Origin: Selaginella moellendorffii
Taxonomy: Eukaryota; Plantae; Lycopodiophyta
DNA length: 15,707 nt
Assembly (NCBI RefSeq): GCF_000143415.4
Contig: NW_003314288.1
Coordinates: forward strand, 1,838,159 to 1,853,865
Reading direction: 5' to 3'
The position numbers and the translations under genes were made by a program. The notes under the pieces are model-generated. The model was given only the letters and a program-made list of their open reading frames with translations. It was not told the DNA's origin and did not search any database. This document shows positions 1-8,409 of the stretch, piece after piece (the stretch's first letter is position 1; every line of letters starts with the position of its first letter).

Positions 1-719
1 TAGCACAAATTTTTCCTTTCCATTTGCCGGCTTACCTCGTCTATCCGTCCAACACTGCCTTGGCTTTTGCTAAGTTCCCTTGCCAAGGTTTTCGCCTATG
101 GTACCAGCTCCTACTTGGTTTCAGCTACTCACTGCACGAGCAACGGAGTGTTAGCCATCCTTCCACGGATTCCCAAATCACTCTCAATCCCCCTCCCCGG
201 GTTAGACTGGACTTAAGGTTCGGCTACACTCCCCGCAAGCACAAGCAGCCAAGCACACTAAGCTTCCAGGTTCCTAACATCCCTTGGTACCACAAGACCT
301 GATCATGGGACCCTCTAAATCCCAAGTCTTGAGTGCAACACTTGCTTCGGGACGTCGGGGCGAAACACCGTGGCCTAGCGGCCCGGTATGGGTACCTCTC
401 GCCCCCCACTTCCATCCCGAAGGAAGGCCCAAGCCCCTAGGAAGGGCGAGGACCAATGAGCCGCATGGTACTCAAGTGGGGCACCACTCCACATGAGCCG
501 GGAGCACCGCAATCGGTTTCCTTTTCGGGAGTGGGAGCTGCTCTTGAGCACTTCCTTGGATGGCCCCTCCGGCACCAGCCAAGTCCATGCTCACTCCCAC
601 CCAAGGCCCCTCGGTCCCAGTCCCAACCTCAAGTCGGTTTGGAAGCCCAACTGGAGAGTCCCTTCAAAACTGGTTCCTGGACCTCACTATCCCTACTATA
701 CTTTTGGAACCCCCTGCAG

Positions 720-737
720 CCCCCCCCCCCCCCCCCC
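720..737. repeat. C18 homopolymer (G18 on the element's sense strand)
   Basis: Read directly from the sequence. Confidence 0.95.
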
Positions 738-787
738 TGGGAGACGCACGCTTTGGGCTTTCACCCCTTGACCCGTATTAGTATTTG

Positions 788-1075
788 GACTTAGTCTCTG
801 GCTCGATCTCGGACCCAATTTCGGATCCGACTTCGGATTCGGGTTCGGACTCGATCACGGACTCGATCTCGGACCCGATCTCGGACCCGACCTCGGACTC
901 GACCTCGGACTCGGTCTCGGACCCGATTTCGGATCTCGGACTCCGTCTCGAACTCGGTCTCGAACTCGGACTCGAACTCGGTCCCCGAGTCGGTCTCGGA
1001 CTCGATTCCGGACTCTATCTCAAACTCGGTCCTAGAGTCGGTCTTGGACTCGATCCTCGACTTGGTCCCATCCGA
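788..1075. repeat. Degenerate hexamer tandem repeat (CTCGGA/CCCGAT/CTCGAA variants)
   Basis: Clear 6-bp periodicity over ~290 bp. It produces the low-complexity ORFs 785-1078 (+) and 791-1099 (-). Confidence 0.9.
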
Positions 1076-1377
1076 TAAACTCTTTGTCATTTCGGTCAAG
1101 CTTTTGGGGATCCTTTAGCCTACGACATCTCGGGGAGTCGGTTCCTTACAATTGTTTCTCAAGTCGTTCCCTTTGGTTGCTTACAATCCACCACGCTTCC
1201 CTACAAGTTCACGCCCTCGTGAACGGAAGCTGAGAGCCGCAGCTCTCCCGAGAGCCTCGCTCTCTTTACACCCTACCCCTCGGGTCGAGCCCAGCGGGAG
1301 CAAACTGGACCAGCCAGATGTCAATCAACATGTGGTGTGATTCCCCTAGCCAACCAACAGAGTCGGACCTGAGACCT

Positions 1378-1388
1378 CTCTGATACCA
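1378..1388 (-). other. Primer-binding site complementary to the tRNA-iMet 3' end
   Basis: Minus strand TGGTATCAGAG matches 11 of 12 nt of the canonical plant TGGTATCAGAGC PBS. Confidence 0.85.
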
Positions 1389-1390
1389 AA

Positions 1391-1584
1391 TATAAGCTCT
1401 TGAGTTTGGACTTCCCGGGAGATCACCCAGCCCAGTACTATTCAAACCCAAGGACGTTTAACCCCAAATATCCCAAGACCTTTAACCGATTGGAAAAGGG
1501 GGTGCACTCTTGTTCATGGGCCCTTTCCCTTTATATTTGAACCCTATGGACCGTTTCTCAAGTCGTTCCCTTTGGTTGCTTACA
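1391..1584 (-). repeat. 5' LTR (194 bp) of the minus-strand element
   Basis: Bounded by 7-bp terminal inverted repeats with one mismatch (plus strand TATAAGC at 1391, GCTTACA ending at 1584). It lies 2 nt from the PBS. Confidence 0.75.
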
Positions 1585-1737
1585 CCTGAAACTCAGATTC
1601 CACATCACTAACCTTTAGACATGTGGTATGTGGCACGTGGTATATAACACTTGGCATATAGAGGGTTTAGGTTCCACTTCATGGTTATCCTATAGTAAAC
1701 CACCATAGGATAAAGGGTAAAAACCACATATGCTATA
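1585..1737 (+). repeat. 3' part of the 5' LTR of the old element (left part displaced by the younger element)
   Basis: Aligns to 5159-5297 and ends GCTATA-TT-PBS. Confidence 0.7.
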
Positions 1738-1739
1738 TT

Positions 1740-1750
1740 TGGTATCAGAG
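1740..1750 (+). other. Primer-binding site (tRNA-iMet)
   Basis: TGGTATCAGAG sits 2 nt after the LTR-like repeat. Confidence 0.8.
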
Positions 1751-1949
1751 GATACATCTCAGCGAATGCTATCCAATTAGATTGGGCAATTAGTCTTGTT
1801 GCATACACATAGATGAAAACGATGATCCGAATAGATACATGTTTGGGTGCTAAGATTTTGCATTCATTCCTTGGGTATGGATTTTGGTTACTTTTTTGTA
1901 TTATATTATGTGAGCTTGCTCTTGGACTCATAAGATAGAATGAGATGTT

Positions 1950-2120
1950 CCATTTGTACAAATTTGTGCTTGGGCTCGTGAGTGAGGCATATTAGCAACT
2001 CAAGGTTACATTTTGAGTTGGCAAGATGGATTTGAGGTATACCATTTTATGCGAGTTTGCGCTCGAGCTTATAACTGAAGCACATTAGCAACTCGAGGGT
2101 ATACTTTGAGTTGGTAGGAT
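1950..2120 (+). repeat. Two diverged ~78-bp direct repeats (period ~92 bp) in the retroelement leader
   Basis: 1950-2027 and 2042-2120 both contain ATTAGCAACTC(A/G)AGG...TTTGAGTTGG. Confidence 0.75.
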
Positions 2121-5100
2121 TAATGTTAGCTTATTAATGGTTCCATGAGTTGTTCTTTGTACCATGGGTAAAAGTAAACCTCCCTTGGGTTTGCTATGAG
2201 TGGCAAATATGTTAGTCCATAGCTATTTAGCATAGCACTAATGGATCCTTCCTAGGCATGATTATAAGTGGATCAATTAAGACTGTAGGGATTATTTTAT
2301 TAGTTCAAGTAGTCATTGCCGTACTCTCTCATAAACTTTTCTTGGATTGGACTAAAAGCAGTGCTAATACAAATATAAGGTTTAGTCAAATATGAGACCG
2401 AAAAAAGAGTCATTAGAGATGAAGAATCAAACACGTAAATCATTTTTTCTTCTTGGAGAGATGATTTGCAACAAAGTGTTAACTCATTACTCATGTTCAT
2501 ATTATGCAATCAAAAGTCCTTATCTTTATGCATGTTAATTATAATGGTCTTACAAGTGGTGAGTCATGGGATGGATAGCAGTAAAGTATTAAACCATTTT
2601 GTCTAAGATTGATATTGCTTAAACATACTGTTGGGTCATAAGAATTTGTGTTGAGGTGAACCTATGTGAAGTTGTTAGTAGAAGGAAATTGGTTGAGTCT
2701 TGAAAATTTGCATTCCTAGACTAAGAATCATTCTTTCTTTAGGATGGAAAATTTTCCATAAATTTTCTTAACTTTTTCCAATGGTTGATTTATTGATCAT
2801 TTTGCCCGAGAACCATTTCATTTTCGAAAGCCAATACAAATTAGTGAAGGGGTTGGAGTTGACTTCGGTTGGCTTAGATCTTAGTAAGTAATTTGTATAA
2901 TACATCCTGAAAATGATGTTAACTTTTGGGGCTAAGGCAATTAAGTTGATTAGAGTCTAAGGTTTGTGTAAAAAAGTGGCCGTTATGCTTTTTTAGAAAA
3001 GTGACCCTTGTGCCTTTCTTTTGTAACGTTATGCTTGGTGGCAAGTTGCACTTTATATTTTGTTAAACTTTATGAGAGTAATGAGCTCTCACTAATCTTG
3101 ACTTAGTCTTGGTAGCCTTACACTTTGGCTAAGGATGGTGATGTCTAACTTAGTTTTTTGAGGTTAAGATGTCAATACCCGTACTATAGCTTTGTCTATA
3201 AAGAGGTTGTGTACCATTATATGTCTATCTCGTGGTTTTCACTTTAGTTTCAACTAAGTGTTGATCATGCATAGCTAGCTTCTTCAAAGCATGCTTAGAG
3301 CTATTGGCTACACTTATTAGTGAATTTATTGCGGTTGAGTTGGATTTGAGTAGTCATTTAGTTCATGTTTGTCCATGAACCTTTTATCTCATATCTAAAG
3401 AAGTATATGACTCAATGGCATAAGTTTAATACTTGGGTCTTGTGAAAGGCAAGTTAAAAAGTGATTGTTAGTTGCTTTGCAACTAATGATTACTTGTAGA
3501 TTTTTTTGAGACTGTGAACACTACTTTTGCTTGATGAAGATTTATCAGTGATAGGGTTGCTTTACCAGATGGTGGTGTGAAGGATGATATTGTTAAACTT
3601 ACTTGGTTTTTCTATGTTGGTATATTGATTCTACCTTTGTCGATATCATTTGGTTGTGTTTAATCCATAGAGTTGGATTACATTGAGTCTTAGATGTGGT
3701 GAATCACTCATTGATGATGTGTTATCTGTAACTAAGTTTTGCTGAATGATTGGTCTCGGATACTAAGTATAGTATTTTCAACCTTGGTTAGCTTAATTGC
3801 TAAAGAACTTTGTATGGTGATTTACTCTTGCTTTCTATTAACTTTGTTATGGTGTTGATGATATTGAAGTGATGCTTTGTTGTTGATATTATTGTTGTTG
3901 AAATTCAAGTGAAATGAAATGTCTCTCTATATGATTGATATTGAATTTCATTAGTCTTGATATAAATATTATTGGTGTTTAGGTTATAGCTTTATGTTAT
4001 TAGCATTCGTGCATTTGCTAGTTAGCAACTATCTTGGCGTTTAAATAAGTTAAGTGTCAAGTTGAATTAGTTGTGTTTTAGATGAAATTGTTTAGTAAGG
4101 GTTGAGCTTTGGCTTTTCCTTGAAACATGATTTAGCTATAAACTATACTAATTTTACAAGAAAAAGAGTTAGTGCTTGATATTGAAAATGTTGGTTCTTT
4201 GTTAAATTTAAGTTGGGATATATTAATCATTGATGATTCTTCTTGTGCTTGTTGTAAAGTTAGTTACATTTTGCTATAGATGGATTCTTTAAAGATCATT
4301 TGGTGATCACTTATTGAACATAACTTTGTTATGCTTAACTTTTAGATTGATGTAAACATTCTCTTCATTCGCTTTGGTATTATGAAGTTTGGTTTATGGA
4401 TGTGTTAAAAAGGATATTATGAGTTGTACCATGATTTCTTTTTTAACATTGAAGTTAATTCATGCAAGACTCATGATCATTATTAGGCTCAACTTAGCTA
4501 TATGCTTCTTCAAGCTTTTGGTTTTTTAAGTTCTCATACTCATTATTTCATTTATTAAAAGTTGCTAAGGAAGGCATTTTTGGCTCATTAGCTTTAATGT
4601 TGAAGTTAATTTTTATATCTAACAATCATTGGTGATGATTAACTATCATTTAGGGTAATTGATTATCCTCGTAAAAAATTTCTACTTGATTATTGTTAAT
4701 ATAGAATGATTTGCCATTCTTTAGAATAATAGATTTTTCCTTCGACAATGATTATGCATCTCTTTATTAATGGATATGAAGAATCCAAATGTATAGTAGG
4801 GATAGTAGGTAGGTTGGCTATGTTCAACTAACTTGAAGTATATTTAACTTCCACTTTCTTGTTCTATGTTTAGCTTGGGTCTAAACCTAAATTCCAATGT
4901 TAGTTAGTGGAATATTTATATCTTGACATTAGGCCATTGGTATGCTAAAATATTGCCAGACTTTATTTTGCTTTGTTTTGCATATTGGTCCTAGCATTGG
5001 GATGCTAAATGCACTAGGACTGTTCCAAGTTGTTCTATACTCTTGTCCCTTCGCTCTTTTAGCTATATGCTCAAGAGTCACTTTATGTTCTAGTAATTTT

Positions 5101-5158
5101 GCTCATTGGCTCCATGCTTGGGAATTTAGCTCTGTTCTTTCATTTAGTGGCCTAAGGC

Positions 5159-5297
5159 TTTAAAACTTAGATTCAACATCACTGTCCTTTGGACACATGA
5201 TATATGGCATATGGCATATGACACATAGAGGGTTTAAGTTCCATTTTGTGGTTATCCTATAGTAAATCGCCATAGGATAAAGGGTAAAAGCTACGTG
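5159..5297 (+). repeat. Alignable part of the 3' LTR of the old element
   Basis: Shares AAACT(C/T)AGATTC.ACATCACT...TAGAGGGTTTA.GTTCCA...TGGTTATCCTATAGTAAA..(A/G)CCATAGGATAAAGGGTAAAA with 1585-1730. Its true 5' boundary and PPT could not be identified. Confidence 0.75.
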
Positions 5298-5944
5298 AGG
5301 AAAAACTTAAACCAAGAATAGGTTATATATTTATAAATTATAGTTGTTCATTCACTGGCTAATTATAAAATTATAATCATTAACATACATGTTAATAACG
5401 TCTACTAATTAAAGTTTAGCATTTCTAATTTAGGGTGCAGCACTAAGCATGTGCGAGCAGTGAGTGTCGCAAGGGGGTAGCCATGTAAGAGAGGGGTGCT
5501 GGATTATTCTTCCCTTTTGGATTCTGATATCTAGGAAGCTTACACATGAAAAAAAATGTGAAAATGGAAAAAATTACATCTAGCAGGCCTACAATCAATC
5601 AGCTCAAGGGGTGCTTGATTATGATAGCATCAAGGAGTGACTTGGCAATCACATCAAGTTGGATCTTAAGTGTGTCTAGTATGTCTACTTTGTAGACGCG
5701 AGCAGTCTTCCCTACTATGCTTTCTAGCTATACAGTTGAGTTCTTAAGCTATGAATCAATAGCTTAGCAAAACTAAGGGTAAATGCTTAACCATTTATAC
5801 TAATTATCTAGACTTCTCTGATGGAAGAAAAAGATATGGAGAGAGCAGCAAACTGGAAGCCACAAACTCTCTCTTGTGGCTCTTATGGTAGAGCTGCGTT
5901 CAGCCGTTGGATCCAGAAACGAACGGCCCAGGGAGCACCCGGCC

Positions 5945-6065
5945 GGATTGGCCATGCGCACTCTCATTGGCCACGCCGAGATATCCATTGCGAAAACTAG
6001 GCTGGCCAGGAGCCGTCAGATTAGATTCTGGGAGCAGCTGGGCCGCCCGATGGCCAAGGCCACAC
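5945..6065 (+). promoter_or_regulatory. Putative light-responsive proximal promoter of LHCA4
   Basis: Four TGGCCA palindromes (5949, 5968, 6003, 6051), two reverse CCAAT boxes (ATTGG at 5947, 5966) and two GCCAC SORLIP1-type motifs (5970, 6059) lie within 190 bp of the ATG. Confidence 0.45.
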
Positions 6066-6133
6066 ATCCAGTCCTTCTTAGGTAAAATTGGAAGAAGACA
6101 CTGCTTGAGGGATCGAGCCGAGGAGGAGGAAAC

Positions 6134-7203
6134 ATGGCGGCATCGACAATGCAGGCATCGATCGGCGTGTCGTGCCCATCCACATTCCTCTCGGGATCGA
6201 GTAGCAAGCTCCAGAGGGGATCCCGAGCCGTGGCCGCGCCTTCGTTCGCGACTGGCAAATTCAAGGTGGAGGCCAAGAAAGGCGAGTGGTGCCCCGGATT
6301 GGCGTCTCCTGGCTATCTCAATGGAAGGTATGTGAGCTCGTGTGATCTTTCTATAGCAGATTAGAAAGAGTTCTCTGATCGATAAGGCTCTAGTTTCGGT
6401 GCAATGCTAGAAGTATGGCTTTTAGTCCAAGTAGATCACATTGCCTGGAAGCCCCTGGCATGGATATATATGCACGCAAAAGCTCGATGCTAGACAAAGA
6501 TTTGTGTGAAATCTATAGTATAGTGTGGTGAACTTGTCTTGAGCTAGGATTGTGTGAGAAGCTTACACTTGTCTTGGTTTCTTCCAGCCTTCCCGGAGAC
6601 AATGGCTTCGATCCTTTGGGACTCGCCGGCGACCCAGCCAACCTCAAGTGGTACGTCCAAGCCGAGCTCCAAAACGGACGCTGGGCCATGGTTGGAGTCG
6701 CCGGCATGCTCATCCCTGAGGTCCTCACCAAGATCGGGGTGATCAACGCGCCGCTGTGGTACGACGCTGGCAAGGTGGAGTACTTTGCTCCAGCGTCCAC
6801 GCTCTTCGTCATCGAGTTTCTCATGTTCCACTACGTGGAGGTGAGGAGATGGCAAGACATCAAGTACCCCGGGAGCGTCAACCAGGATCCGATCTTCAAG
6901 GGCTACAGCTTGCCTCCCAACGAGGTCGGCTACCCGGGAGGCATCTTCAATCCTCTCAACTTCCCAGCCAACGAGGAGTACAAAGAAAAGGAGCTGGCAA
7001 ATGGTATAGTTCTTGTTCTTCGAAAGCTCTTGATTGTGTGATCGATCGAACCTTTGTTTTGCGCAGGTCGCCTTGCAATGCTCGCGTTCCTTGGATTCAT
7101 CATCCAGTCCAACGTGACACACCAGGGACCTTTCGAGAACTTGCTGACGCACCTTAGCGACCCATGGCACCACACCATTGTCCAGAGCATACAAGGTCTG
7201 TGA
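6134..7203 (+). CDS. LHCA4: Photosystem I light-harvesting chlorophyll a/b-binding protein 4 (Lhca4), chloroplast precursor, 248 aa
   Basis: Exons 6134-6327, 6588-7003 and 7067-7203 with GT-AG introns of 260 and 63 nt join in frame. The protein has a Ser/Ala-rich transit peptide followed by [80 protein letters not shown] and [15 protein letters not shown], all characteristic of Lhca4. Confidence 0.96.
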
Positions 7204-7462
7204 GTTAAGCGAGAGCGGTCATGGTTCCAACTTTCTTTCCAACCAGAAAAAAAAAAGAGCCGAAAAAGAAAAGTGAAAATGAATGGCATCTATATTATCG
7301 ATTTGTAAATTAGCTCATGGTATTTAACTGGAAAGAGAATACTTCCATGCAAGAGACACTGCATGGCTGTGGTTGCAACGCTCGCGGGGATTGTGGAGAG
7401 ATTTGGGGCGTTGTTGTTGTGTCAACATTTATTGACCATCAAACATCCAGGCTCGAGACGCA

Positions 7463-7469
7463 TATAAAT
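7463..7469 (+). promoter_or_regulatory. TATA box of the Cys-rich protein gene
   Basis: TATAAAT followed by a pyrimidine-rich leader, 113 nt upstream of the ATG at 7576. Confidence 0.6.
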
Positions 7470-7575
7470 TCCCATGCTCGGCCAAAGCCAGGAACCAGCC
7501 ATCGCATCGCTGCTCACTGCGTCTTGCACTTCCTCTTGGCTCTTCCTCGGCGAGCAAGCAGAATCTCCATCGACA

Positions 7576-7956
7576 ATGTCTTCGAAGCTGGCAATCTCCG
7601 CAGCATTTCAAGTGCTTTTCATTCTGCTGCTGGTGGTGGATGAGCAGAGTGGCGTCTGCGCGCAGGCCCAAGTTCCGATCATCCCTGGAGGCGGAAGCGG
7701 TGGAACAGGTGCGGGATCAGGTTCAGGAGCGGGATCAGGTTCAAGCAACAGCACCGGCGCATGCAACTTCCGCTACATGCTGAGCAAGTATAACGGGTGC
7801 CAGAGCTACGTGCTGACCGGCAGCCGCGGCACCAACATCACGGAGCAGTGCTGCATGCCAATGGCCAAGTTTGCGCACGAGTGCGGCGCCTGTACCCCGA
7901 TGCTGCGTCCCTTCGCCAACAGTCTCCTCGGCGTCTGCAATCTCCCCTCATGTTAA
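7576..7956 (+). CDS. Secreted small cysteine-rich protein, nsLTP/prolamin-superfamily-like (8-Cys motif), 126 aa
   Basis: Single GC-rich exon with start context ACAATGT, a hydrophobic signal peptide (MSSKLAISAAFQVLFILLLVVDEQSGVCA), a Gly/Ser linker, then C-X11-C-X16-CC-X9-C-X2-C-X14-C-X4-C-stop. The in-frame ATG at 7474 lies only 5 nt after the TATA box, so 7576 is preferred. Confidence 0.85.
   Translation: MSSKLAISAAFQVLFILLLVVDEQSGVCAQAQVPIIPGGGSGGTGAGSGSGAGSGSSNSTGACNFRYMLSKYNGCQSYVLTGSRGTNITEQCCMPMAKFAHECGACTPMLRPFANSLLGVCNLPSC
7708..7743 (+). repeat. 2 x 18-bp in-frame tandem repeat encoding GAGSGS-GAGSGS
   Basis: GGTGCGGGATCAGGTTCA followed by GGAGCGGGATCAGGTTCA. Confidence 0.9.
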
Positions 7957-8093
7957 GTGCAAACTGATTGGCTCTCTGTCTTTTAGAAATCTGGATTCTT
8001 GAGTTACACTCTGTTGTTTGTCAAGGGAAGGAATTTATATTTGAATTTCTAAAAACCATCACAAGCTGAAAAGTTGAAACATGACACAAAAAT

Positions 8094-8409
8094 CAAACCC
8101 TCAACACTAGCAGCGAATATCTCAAGGAAGTTGTAGAAGGTTTGACTGTGGTTTCGTTGGTTTTCTCGTACAAACATTTATCTTTTGTGATGATCCAAGA
8201 GTGAGTGTACTTCCATTCCTTTTTGTTCAGTTTGTTCAAAGCGTAATGAGATTTGTATGGGTAGGGTCATGCCGGAAGATACGATGAAACCCCCCCCCGA
8301 GAAGATTGGGAACAAGAAAACTACAGAGCTAATTGGAGGATTCATACCTTATGAACGAACTCTCTTCGACACCATTGATAGCATCCGTGAACGAGGTTTT
8401 CTGTCATGA
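8094..8409 (+). pseudogene. 3' fragment of a CCR/DFR-like reductase gene (array copy 0)
   Basis: Matches the end of exon 4 ([15 protein letters not shown]), intron 4, intron 5 and exon 6 ([24 protein letters not shown], stop) of the downstream copies. Exons 1-3 are absent, nearly all of exon 5 is deleted and the start of exon 6 is deleted. Confidence 0.9.

Larger units (their letters stand above)
1..1584 (-). mobile_element. LTR retrotransposon (probably Ty3/gypsy), 5' portion, running off the left window edge
   Basis: The minus strand reads LTR (TGTAAGC...GCTTATA, 1584-1391), TT, PBS TGGTATCAGAG (1388-1378), leader, an acidic low-complexity coding stretch, and at positions 29-1 RQMERKNLC(Y), which resembles the start of a gag zinc knuckle. 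Stops and frameshifts break the frame. Confidence 0.75.
1585..5297 (+). mobile_element. Old, heavily degenerated LTR retrotransposon (likely Ty3/gypsy)
   Basis: A diverged ~140-bp direct repeat at 1585-1730 and 5159-5297 (roughly 80% identical by eye, mostly transitions) brackets an AT-rich, CpG-poor, ORF-free interior. The PBS TGGTATCAGAG at 1740-1750 follows the first copy. Faint RT-like remnants (LLVDF..TVN ~3490-3525; FVMV..DDI ~3843-3865) need frameshifts to read. Confidence 0.7.

Noticed and set aside
788-1075. Possible CRISPR-like array
   Set aside because: Contiguous degenerate hexamers without unique spacers, in a eukaryotic context with no cas genes.
24-1078. Plus-strand Pro-rich and Ser/Asp-rich ORFs
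   Set aside because: Antisense to the retroelement and produced by GC-rich low-complexity sequence.
5430-5500. GC-richer patch that might be a DNA-transposon or Helitron end
   Set aside because: No terminal repeats, hairpin-CTAG end or TSD could be established.
6141-6151. CATCGACAATG shared by the LHCA4 5' end and the start of the Cys-rich gene (7568-7578)
   Set aside because: An 11-bp match with no extension is compatible with chance and start-context bias.
6544-7194. 216-aa antisense ORF and other overlapping ORFs across LHCA4
   Set aside because: Shadow ORFs of GC-rich codon usage; they run through an intron and have no recognisable motifs.
7474-7575. 34-aa N-terminal extension of the Cys-rich ORF in the ORF track
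   Set aside because: The ATG lies immediately after the TATA box, probably upstream of the TSS, and the extension would mask the signal peptide starting at 7576.
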